Both the position numbers and the translations under genes were made by a program. A stretch of 18,266 nucleotides of DNA. Origin: Candidatus Eiseniibacteriota bacterium (GTDB lineage Bacteria; Eisenbacteria; RBG-16-71-46). Under the pieces are notes generated by a model, which did not search any database, was not told where the DNA came from, and was given only the letters and a program-made list of their open reading frames with translations. The stretch lies in contig JBGAML010000030.1 in assembly GCA_044223005.1 (NCBI GenBank), positions 1 through 18,266 of the forward strand, given 5' to 3'. Shown here in pieces: positions 8,425-15,896 of the stretch; positions within the stretch are counted from its first letter, which is position 1; every line of letters begins with the position of its first letter.

Positions 8425-8985
8425 TCAACTCCGCGGGCGATACCGCAGCGCGACCATGCCGTCGTCGAAACGACGTTCGTCCACCAGTTCCAGCGCCAGG
8501 CGCAGGTGGTCGGGCAGCACGCGCCGGCCGCCGCCCCGCAGGACGGGCAGGAGCAGCAGCTGGTACTCGTCGACGAGCCCTGCTTCGATCGCCTGGATCG
8601 CGAGCGTCGGGCCAGCCACGGTGAGGTCATGGGGCAGCCGCGACTTCATCGCGCGAATCGCCTCCGGATCGAACGAGCGTTCGATCGATGTGCGGGGCGT
8701 CGAGACGCTCTCGAGCGTCCGCGAGTAGACGCGCTTGTCGGCGGCCTGCCAGATCCGTGCGAATGCCTCGTCGTCCGGTCCGAGTCCCGGGATCACTTCC
8801 GGCGTCTGCCAGACGGCCATCGTCTCGTACGTTTTGCGCCCGTAGAGGTACGTGCCCACCGGCCGCAGGAGGTCGCAGATGTGGCGCAGCATGTCGGCGC
8901 TGGGCACCGACCAATCGTATTCCTGGTCGTCGCCCGCAATGAAGCCGTCGAGCGACATCAGGTTGAGGTAGATCAGCCGGGCCAT
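8425..8985 (-). CDS. Dihydrofolate reductase family / RibD C-terminal domain protein (186 aa)
   Basis: Motifs MARLIYLNLMSLDGFIAG, GTYLYGRKTYE, KRVYSRTL, VAGPTLA, GLVDEYQLLLLPVLRGGG match stand-alone RibD_C reductase-fold proteins. ATG 8985 has a GGAG RBS at 8993-8996. Confidence 0.9.
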   Translation of the reverse strand: MARLIYLNLMSLDGFIAGDDQEYDWSVPSADMLRHICDLLRPVGTYLYGRKTYETMAVWQTPEVIPGLGPDDEAFARIWQAADKRVYSRTLESVSTPRTSIERSFDPEAIRAMKSRLPHDLTVAGPTLAIQAIEAGLVDEYQLLLLPVLRGGGRRVLPDHLRLALELVDERRFDDGMVALRYRPRS

Positions 8986-9031
8986 CGCGGGGCTCCGAGG
9001 TGTGGACGGCAGAAGCGGCATGCACGCGGGC

Positions 9032-9060
9032 ATCATGCCTCACGCGTGCCGCCGCGTCAC
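9032..9060 (-). promoter_or_regulatory. Possible sigma70-type promoter for the RibD_C gene, overlapped by an inverted repeat
   Basis: Minus strand reads GTGACG-N17-CATGAT, with each hexamer 4/6 to consensus. The palindrome GGCAT-C-ATGCC (9029-9039) covers the -10. Confidence 0.3.
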
Positions 9061-9118
9061 CGATGACAATGCGCCCGGAGCCGCGAGGCCCCGGGCGCAC
9101 GCCGGTCGGAAGCGATCG

Positions 9119-9550
9119 TCAGCAGTCGCTGCGGTCGCGATAGCGCAGCGCCCGCAGGCATTCCGGAAAACCGTCCGTGTGGAAGTAGTATTTGTTGTCC
9201 CGGACCGTGCCGTCGCGGCGCAGCGATACGACGGTCGCGGGTGCCGGCGGATGCCCCAGCGAGACGCGGACCACCCAGCGCCCTTCGCCCGGCCACCGGC
9301 GCGTGAAGCGGTAGACACCGTGCTCGCTCGTGGGTTCGAGCCGCAGGAGCACCGAGCGGTGCTTGCCGTTCACGACGCCCTCGGCGAGTGCCCACGGTTC
9401 GAGCGAGTCATTCGCGCGCGCTTCATACGTGCGCACCGTGTACGTGCGCCCGTCGGGGGCGGGACCTTCGACGCGGGCGTGGATCCCGCGCGCCTGGACA
9501 GCGGGCGCGAGGCAGGCGAGCAGCACCATCGTGACGATCCATCGGCTCAT
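9119..9550 (-). CDS. Secreted hypothetical protein (143 aa), possibly Ig-like beta-sandwich
   Basis: ATG 9550 with GGAGG RBS at 9556-9560. Signal peptide MSRWIVTMVLLACLAPAVQA. Beta-rich mature part contains AEGVVNGKHRSVLL and GVYRFTRRWPGEGRWVVRVSL. Confidence 0.8.
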   Translation of the reverse strand: MSRWIVTMVLLACLAPAVQARGIHARVEGPAPDGRTYTVRTYEARANDSLEPWALAEGVVNGKHRSVLLRLEPTSEHGVYRFTRRWPGEGRWVVRVSLGHPPAPATVVSLRRDGTVRDNKYYFHTDGFPECLRALRYRDRSDC

Positions 9551-9792
9551 GCGCACCTCCAGGGTTTCGGCATTCCGCGGCCGCGGAACCGGTGCGGCGC
9601 CTTCGAGCGAGCGAAGTGGCCTGGCGCATGACGGCTTCGACACGCGGAAGATGCCCAAGGTTGGAGCGTGGCCAGCGAAGAGTCTTTACCTGCGCGAGCC
9701 GGGAGCGGGATGACCGGTGACGCGAATGAGCGATCGCCCTCAGCGACTACGCGCCGCGGAGCTTCTGAGGCAGTGGACGATCCGCCCGCGGG

Positions 9793-10749
9793 TTATCGCA
9801 CGACCGCCACCCGCGCGACCCGCGTCGGCGCGCCGTCGACGCGCAGCGCGACGAAGTACGCGCCCGGGGGTACCCGGGCGCCCTCGTCACTGCGCCCGTT
9901 CCAGCGCACCACGCTGGCCCGCCCCGCCGTGGCGCCGTGGAAGAGCGAGCGCACGCGCTGCCCGGTCACCGAGTACACGGCGAGGTCGCCGGTTCGTCCC
10001 GCCGGCACCTGGATGCGGAAGCTCGCGTCTTCGCCGATCGGGTTCGCACCCAGCAGGTCCAGTCGCGCTGCATTTCCCGCAAGCGGCGGAACATCGAGCA
10101 CGGAGTTGAGGGTGAACGTGAACGTCCCGACGTGGTTGTTCGAGGCGAACGCGCCGCTCGTGTTCTCCGCGACGAGAACGTGCGGCACGGTCGCCTGGTT
10201 GGGCGACGTGAAGGAGGGGCCGCTGTCGGTTCCCGCGTCGTAGAGCGCGAGGTCGACGGTGACCTGCGGAATCCAGGTCCCGTTCGGGTGAAGGTCCAAT
10301 CCCGAGACGCCGACGAACCAGTCCGGGCTCGGTGCCAGCATGGAGACCAGCGTCACGAGCGGGAACGCGTCCTCGACATCGAAGGTCAGCGACACCGATC
10401 CCGGCGACGGGCTGATGCCACCGCCGGAGAGCACGGCGTTCGCCGTCCCCGCGGCGATCGCCGCCTGTACTTCCTGCTGGAGCGCGGTCTTGGAGCCCAT
10501 CTCCGCCATGTCCTGGATGCCCTGGCTGGCCAACGAGCCCACCTGCCAGAACGAGACCTGGTCGTTGTGCGTTCCGCCGATCAGGCCCGAGAAGTGTGCG
10601 CTGGTTGGAAACTCGTGCGGATGGGTCTGGGCGCTCCAGGTGCTCTCGAACGTGACGCGGTACTCGGCGGTCTCCGCACGCGCGAGCTCAGGCGCGGTCC
10701 ACAGCACCAGGCCGAGTGCGGCGCGACAGGCTTTTGTGAAAACGGGCAT
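9793..10749 (-). CDS. Secreted Spondin_N (F-spondin/mindin-type) domain protein with C-terminal FlgD Ig-like domain (318 aa)
   Basis: ATG 10749 with AGGAG RBS at 10756-10760, signal peptide ending LARA. Spondin_N motifs YRVTFESTWSAQTHP, HFSGLIGGTH, ASQGIQDMAEMG, LVSMLAPSPDWFVG, YDAGTDSG. The C-terminus LAVYSVTGQRVRSL...VRWNGRSDEGARVPPGAYFVAL is a typical FlgD-Ig tail. Confidence 0.9.
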   Translation of the reverse strand: MPVFTKACRAALGLVLWTAPELARAETAEYRVTFESTWSAQTHPHEFPTSAHFSGLIGGTHNDQVSFWQVGSLASQGIQDMAEMGSKTALQQEVQAAIAAGTANAVLSGGGISPSPGSVSLTFDVEDAFPLVTLVSMLAPSPDWFVGVSGLDLHPNGTWIPQVTVDLALYDAGTDSGPSFTSPNQATVPHVLVAENTSGAFASNNHVGTFTFTLNSVLDVPPLAGNAARLDLLGANPIGEDASFRIQVPAGRTGDLAVYSVTGQRVRSLFHGATAGRASVVRWNGRSDEGARVPPGAYFVALRVDGAPTRVARVAVVR

Positions 10750-10928
10750 TGCACGCTCCTGCGAAGGGCACGGACTCCGACGGGACTTCGACGCCGCGAG
10801 TACGCCGGTGGCCGGACGATGTGACGATGGGCAGCTCGCCGAGCCTGACGCCGCCTTGACCCCCTGCGCGCGGCCGTGCTGGACTGGCGCGGTGCCGTTC
10901 GTACGCCGCGTCTCACGAGGGACATCCG

Positions 10929-12266
10929 ATGAAGAACGCTGCCTTCGCCGCACTGCTCGTCGCCATCCTGTTCGCTCCGGGCTCGGCCCGCGGCGACGAC
11001 TCCGCCACCCGGCTGCACCTCGGCGACCCCGCGCGACGTGATCGTGAGATCGCGGTCGTGCTCGACGGCATCACCGACTCCGCCCGCGGGGACACGATCG
11101 GCCCCGCCGAACTGGCGGCGCGCCTCGACGGCGTGCGGCTGGCGTTCGTCGGCGAGAGCCACGTGCAGATGGACTTCCACCTCGTGCAGCTGCGCGTGTT
11201 GCAGGAACTCGTCCAGCGCGGACGCAAGGTGATGATCGGGCTCGAGATGTACCCGGTGCCGGAGCAGAAGTGGCTCGATCGCTGGTGCTCGAATCGCAAG
11301 ATGACCGAGGAGAAGTTCCTGGCCGAGTCGCACTGGTACAAGAACTGGGGCTATCACTGGAACTACTACCGCGACATCTTCCTCTTCGCGCGCGAGCACG
11401 ACGTGCGCATGTTCGCGGTCAACCTGCCGCGCGCCGCGGTCACGACCGTCCGGCAGAAGGGTTTCGATTCGCTCTCGACCGAGATGCGGACCCTGTTGCC
11501 GCCCACGGTCGATCTCACGAACGAGGAGCATCGGACGCTGTTCCGCGCCTTCTTCGGCGACTCCGACGCGCTCCATTCCAACATGCCGCCGGCGATGTTC
11601 GAGGGGATGTATCGCGCGCAGTGCGCGTGGGACGCGGGCATGGGCTGGAACGCGCTGCAGGCCCTGAGGACGGCTCCCGACACGACGACGATCATGCTCG
11701 TCATGATCGGCCAGGGGCACGTGGCGTACGGCCTCGGCGCCGAGCGACAGGTCAAGCGCTGGTTCGGCGGCCGCACGGCATCGATCATCCCCGTCCCGGT
11801 CGCCGACTCGCCCGGGGGGCCGCGCACGGAGCGCGTGCAGGCGTCCTACGCGAACTTCGTCTGGGGCCTGCCGATCGCGACGGATCCGCTCTACCCGGCG
11901 AGCGGGATCTCGACGTCCGAGGCGAAGAGCGGCGAGCACTACAAGGTGATCAACGTCGCGAGCGAGTCGCCGGCGGCGGACGCGGGCATCAAGGTCGGCG
12001 ACCAGCTCGTGTCCGTCGATGGGATTGCGGCCACGGAGAAGGAGATCCTCCAGCGCCACATGTCGCTCAAGCGCTGGGGGGACGACACGATCTACCGCGT
12101 ACTGCGCGGTGGACAGGAGCTCACGATCACGCTCCACCTGCGGCGGCGCCCGCCGGCACCGGCCGCGGCGGACTCGACGAGCTCCGGCGCGCACGCGGCT
12201 CCGGCGCCACCTCCCGGCATGCCCGCGCCGGCGCCGATGCCGCAGGCGCCGGGAGGCGCTCGGTGA
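10929..12266 (+). CDS. Exported ChaN (DUF399; TIKI/EreA/ChaN superfamily) domain protein with C-terminal PDZ domain (445 aa)
   Basis: Signal peptide MKNAAFAALLVAILFAPGSARG. ChaN motifs FVGESH, HLVQL, IGLEM, YYRDIFLFARE, AVNLPR, AQCAWDAGM, IGQGHV. PDZ signature VINVASESPAADAGIKVGDQLVSVDG. Pro/Ala tail. GAGGG RBS upstream. Confidence 0.9.
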   Translation: MKNAAFAALLVAILFAPGSARGDDSATRLHLGDPARRDREIAVVLDGITDSARGDTIGPAELAARLDGVRLAFVGESHVQMDFHLVQLRVLQELVQRGRKVMIGLEMYPVPEQKWLDRWCSNRKMTEEKFLAESHWYKNWGYHWNYYRDIFLFAREHDVRMFAVNLPRAAVTTVRQKGFDSLSTEMRTLLPPTVDLTNEEHRTLFRAFFGDSDALHSNMPPAMFEGMYRAQCAWDAGMGWNALQALRTAPDTTTIMLVMIGQGHVAYGLGAERQVKRWFGGRTASIIPVPVADSPGGPRTERVQASYANFVWGLPIATDPLYPASGISTSEAKSGEHYKVINVASESPAADAGIKVGDQLVSVDGIAATEKEILQRHMSLKRWGDDTIYRVLRGGQELTITLHLRRRPPAPAAADSTSSGAHAAPAPPPGMPAPAPMPQAPGGAR

Positions 12267-15200
12267 GCGCGCGCTCCGCGCTGGCCGCGCTGCTGCTGGC
12301 CGCGGTGGCCGCGATGCCGGCCGTCGCGGCGCCCGCGCGCGTCCAGCACGGGCTGCACGTGGCGCTCGATCCCGCGCGCGGCTGGCTCACGGCGACCGAT
12401 ACGCTGCGCGTCCCCGCGGAGTTCGTGCACGACGGCGCGGCCGAGTTCATCCTGAACGCCGCGCTGGCGGTGCGTTCGAGTTCGCCGGAAGTCGCCGAGG
12501 TGCCGCTGCACGCGCCGGGCGCGCGGGCGCAGGACGACGCCACTCGCTTCTTCGGCATCAACGCCTCCGCGGCCGATCTCGACTCGGCGGGGGCGCTGCG
12601 GCGCTGGCGCGTGCGCCTGCCGGCCGAGGGCGGCACGGTGGTGCTCGCCTACGACGGTCACTTCGACTTCGGCCTTTCGGCCGAAAGCGAGCAGTACACG
12701 CGCGGCTTCCGACAGACGACCGGCGTGATCTCGAAGGAGGGCGTCTACCTCTCGGGCGAGGGCTTCTGGTACCCGCGCGCGGGCGATGGACTGGTCGAGT
12801 ACGCGCTCGACGTGGACCAGCCCGAGGGCTGGCACGTGATCAGCCCCGGCAACGGAAGTTCGCGCGGCGCGGACGGTCGCGCGCATTGGGATTCGCACGG
12901 GCCGGTGGACGACATCGTCGTCTGCGGCGGGCCGCTGCTCGTCTATCGCGGATCGGCCGGCAAGGTCGAGACGTCGGTCTACCTGCGCAGCAAGGACGAC
13001 GCGCTCGCCGCCAAGTACCTCGAGGCCACGGCGCAGTACCTCGAGATGTACCGCGGCCTGCTCGGGCCCTATCCGTATTCCAAGTTCGCGATGGTCGAGA
13101 ACTTCTGGGAGACCGGCTACGGCATGCCGAGCTTCACGCTGCTGGGCTCGCAGATCATCCGCTTCCCATTCATCCTCACGTCGTCCTATCCGCACGAGAT
13201 CCTCCACAACTGGTGGGGCAACTCGGTGTTCGTGGACTACGCGAGCGGCAACTGGTGCGAGGGCCTGACGGCCTACATGGCCGACCACCTGATCCAGGAG
13301 CAGCGCGGGCGCGGCGACGAGTACCGGCGCGACGTGCTGCAGAAGTACCGCAGCTACGTGCGCGACGGCCGCGACTTCCCGCTGTCGGAGTTCCGCTCGC
13401 GCCACAACGCAGCCACCGAAGCGGTCGGTTACGGCAAGTCGCTCATGCTGTTCCACATGGCGCGCCTGCGAATGGGCGACGACGCGTTCCGCCGCTGGGC
13501 CGCCCGTTTCGCTCGCGATTTCAGCGGCCGCCAGGCGTCGTTCACGGACGTGCGAACGACGATGGAAGCCGCCTCGGGCCTGGACCTCGGGCGGCTGTTC
13601 GCCGAGCAGGTCGGCCGCGCCGGCGCGGCCGACCTGCGCGTCGAGCGCGTGAGCACGCGAGCCGTCGCGGGCGGCTACGAGGTGACGGGCACGCTGCGGC
13701 AGGCGCAATCGGGTGGCGCGCTGGATCTCGCCGTCCCGGTCGTGGTCCAGGCCGCCGGCGGCGCGGTGGCCGACACGGTGCACATGACCGCCGCGACGGC
13801 GCCGTTCACCGTGCGCACGACGCAGCCGCCGCTCGCGCTGCATGTCGATCCATCCTTCGACGTCTTCCGGCTGCTCGACCCGCGCGAGATCGGGCCGTCG
13901 ATCGGGCAGATCTTCGGCGCGCCGCGCGTGCTGGTGGTGCTGCCGGCGAAGGCCGACACGGCCACGCGATCGGCGTGGCGCGCGCTCATCGAGAGCTGGC
14001 GCAGCGAGAATCACCATCCCGAGTTCACCACCGACGCCGAGCTGCGCGCGATTCCCGCCGACCGCCCGGTCTGGATCCTTGGGCGCGACAACGCGCTCGC
14101 CACGCGGCTCTTCCTGCCCGGCGCCGGCTACGCGTTCGAGAACGGTAAGCTGGTCGTGGACCGCGAATCGATGCCGCTCGCGGGGCACTGCGGCGTGATC
14201 GTGCGCCGGCATCCCGCCGCGCCCGAGCGGGCGATCGGCTGGATCTTTGCCGACGACCTCGCGGCGGTGCCCGGCCTCGGGCGCAAGCTGCCGCACTACG
14301 GCAAGTACTCCTACCTCGGCTTCGAGGGCGCCGAACCGGTCAACGTGCTGAAGGGCCAGTGGGGCGCGACCGACTCGCCGCTGCGCGTCGACCTGCGTGC
14401 CGCGAACGAACGCGGCGCGTCACTCGCCGCGCTGGCGCTGCCCGCGTCGCACGCGCTCGCCGAGCTGCCGCCGGTCTTCTCGCGGCAGGCCATGCTCGAT
14501 CGCGTGGCGTGGCTGGCCGCGCCCGAGCGCGAGGGCAGGGGCGTGGGCACGAAGGGACTCGACGACGCGGCCGAATGGATCGCCGCCGAGTTCAAGCGCG
14601 CGGGCCTCGAGCCCGGCGGCGACGGCGGCGGCTGGTTCCAGGCGTTCGCCTCGACGCGCTCGCCCTCCGGCGCTCCGGTCCCGCTGCGCAACGTGGTCGG
14701 CGTGCTGCGCGGCAGCAACCCGGCGCTGGCCGCGCAGTCGGCGCTGCTCACCGCGCACTACGATCACCTGGGCCGCGGCTGGCCCGACGTGCACAAGGGC
14801 GACGAAGGGAAGATGCATCCCGGCGCCGACGACAACGCCAGCGGCGTCTCGGTGATGCTGGAGCTGGCGAAGTCGCTCGCCGCGGGGGAGCGGCCGCAGC
14901 GCACGATCGTGTTCGTCGCGTTCACGGGCGAGGAATCGGGGCTGCAGGGTTCGCGCTGGTACGTGGACCATCCCGCATTCCCGCTCGAGAAGATCGAGGG
15001 CGTGATCAACCTGGATACCGTCGGCCGGCTGTTCGCGAACAAGCTGTCCGTGATCGCGACCGGCACGGCCACCGAATGGCAGCACATCTTCCGCGGTGCG
15101 GGCTTCGTCACCGGCGTGGAGTCGCGCCTGATTCCCGAGGCGCTCGAATCCTCGGACCAGAAGAGCTTCATCGATCGCGGCGTGCCCGCCGTGCAGGTGT

Positions 15201-15676
15201 TCACCGAACCGCACGCCGACTACCACCGGCCCGGCGACACCGCGGACAAGATCGACGGCGCGGGACTGGTCAAGGTGGCGAGCGTCGTGCGCGAGGCGAT
15301 CCAGTACCTGGGCGAGCGCCCCGAGCCGCTGACCGTGACCATCGCCGGCGCGAAGGGCGCCGGTGCCGCGCCGTCCGGCGCGACGCCGCCCGCGCCCGGC
15401 AGCACGACCGGCCGCCGCGTCACGATCGGGACGCTGCCCGACTTCGAGTTCGCCGGCCCCGGCGTGAAGGTGGTGTCGATCACGCCGGGCTCGCCCGCCG
15501 AGAAGGCGGGACTGCAGCCCGGCGACGTGCTCATGCAACTCGACGGCAAGCCGATCGCCGACCTGCGCGGCTACTCCGCGCTGCTGCAGGAGTACGCACC
15601 GGGGCAGGCGGTGAAGCTGGTCGTGCGCCGCAACGGCGCCGACCAGGAGATCGGGGTGACGCTGGCGGAACGCTAG
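12263..15676 (+). CDS. Exported multidomain metallopeptidase: M1 (gluzincin) aminopeptidase-like + M28 peptidase + PDZ (1137 aa)
   Basis: GTG start at 12263 overlaps the upstream stop (GTGA), with GGGAGG RBS at 12251-12256 and a signal peptide (M)SARSALAALLLAAVAAMPAVA. M1 motifs: GYGMP, HEILHNWW (from 13193), WCEGLTAY (E at 13259), downstream YGKS. M28 motifs: AHYDH (His at 14756), GADDNASG (14822), FTGEESGL, NLDTVG, SDQKSF, YHRPGD. PDZ: IGTLPD...GSPAEKAGLQPGDVL. The track start (11270) is over-extended. Confidence 0.93.
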   Translation: MSARSALAALLLAAVAAMPAVAAPARVQHGLHVALDPARGWLTATDTLRVPAEFVHDGAAEFILNAALAVRSSSPEVAEVPLHAPGARAQDDATRFFGINASAADLDSAGALRRWRVRLPAEGGTVVLAYDGHFDFGLSAESEQYTRGFRQTTGVISKEGVYLSGEGFWYPRAGDGLVEYALDVDQPEGWHVISPGNGSSRGADGRAHWDSHGPVDDIVVCGGPLLVYRGSAGKVETSVYLRSKDDALAAKYLEATAQYLEMYRGLLGPYPYSKFAMVENFWETGYGMPSFTLLGSQIIRFPFILTSSYPHEILHNWWGNSVFVDYASGNWCEGLTAYMADHLIQEQRGRGDEYRRDVLQKYRSYVRDGRDFPLSEFRSRHNAATEAVGYGKSLMLFHMARLRMGDDAFRRWAARFARDFSGRQASFTDVRTTMEAASGLDLGRLFAEQVGRAGAADLRVERVSTRAVAGGYEVTGTLRQAQSGGALDLAVPVVVQAAGGAVADTVHMTAATAPFTVRTTQPPLALHVDPSFDVFRLLDPREIGPSIGQIFGAPRVLVVLPAKADTATRSAWRALIESWRSENHHPEFTTDAELRAIPADRPVWILGRDNALATRLFLPGAGYAFENGKLVVDRESMPLAGHCGVIVRRHPAAPERAIGWIFADDLAAVPGLGRKLPHYGKYSYLGFEGAEPVNVLKGQWGATDSPLRVDLRAANERGASLAALALPASHALAELPPVFSRQAMLDRVAWLAAPEREGRGVGTKGLDDAAEWIAAEFKRAGLEPGGDGGGWFQAFASTRSPSGAPVPLRNVVGVLRGSNPALAAQSALLTAHYDHLGRGWPDVHKGDEGKMHPGADDNASGVSVMLELAKSLAAGERPQRTIVFVAFTGEESGLQGSRWYVDHPAFPLEKIEGVINLDTVGRLFANKLSVIATGTATEWQHIFRGAGFVTGVESRLIPEALESSDQKSFIDRGVPAVQVFTEPHADYHRPGDTADKIDGAGLVKVASVVREAIQYLGERPEPLTVTIAGAKGAGAAPSGATPPAPGSTTGRRVTIGTLPDFEFAGPGVKVVSITPGSPAEKAGLQPGDVLMQLDGKPIADLRGYSALLQEYAPGQAVKLVVRRNGADQEIGVTLAER

Positions 15677-15681
15677 GGCGC

Positions 15682-15716
15682 GTGACGGGGAGCGGCCCGA
15701 GGCCGCTCCCGGTCAC
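15682..15716 (+). terminator. GC-rich stem-loop just after the peptidase stop; probable terminator or 3' stabilising hairpin
   Basis: GTGAC-G-GGGAGCGGCC [CGA] GGCCGCTCCC-G-GTCAC gives 15 bp with one G.G mismatch, starting 6 nt after TAG. Only a weak U-tract (GTTTGTATT) follows. Confidence 0.65.
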
Positions 15717-15896
15717 ACCCGTTTGTATTCCCTCACTCGACAACGATCAGCGTCGGTGAATCGGCGAAGCCCCGTACCCACGCGACGGAATCCCGTTGAG
15801 ATCCGCGGGGAAACTGCGAAAGTGCGCGACTCGTGGCCACGGCATTTCGCAGGCCCCGATCGGGCGCCCCATCCTCGCCGGAACCGGAGACTTCCC

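Noticed and set aside
8425..8985. Calling the gene folA or ribD
   Set aside because: There is no deaminase domain and no folate or riboflavin gene context. It fits the stand-alone RibD_C family of unclear function, so no symbol is given.
3936..9066. Long alternative-frame ORFs over the kinase (3936..5714 -, 4253..5950 +, 6761..7795 +, 7759..9066 +)
   Set aside because: They are Arg/Ala/Pro-rich or antisense-patterned translations expected in high-GC DNA, with no motifs, and they overlap strongly supported genes.
10856..10885. Possible sigma70 promoter TTGACC-N18-TGGACT for the ChaN operon
   Set aside because: The -35 is good, but the -10 lacks the highly conserved A at position 2, so it is too weak to call. 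No Fur-box-like AT-rich palindrome was seen either.
11270..12262. N-terminal 331-aa extension of the peptidase ORF, suggesting a long gene overlap or frameshift fusion with ChaN
   Set aside because: The extension is an off-frame reading of the ChaN gene. A clear RBS, GTG start and signal peptide are present at 12263, and no slippery site was seen.
12019..15759. Long overlapping ORFs (12019..14148 +, 12092..14296 -, 14359..15759 +, 14420..15538 -)
   Set aside because: They are shadow frames of the GC-rich peptidase gene with no protein-like motifs.
15833..15851. Possible sigma54 promoter TGGCCACGGCATTTCGCA
   Set aside because: The GG-to-GC spacing is 12 nt rather than the required 10.
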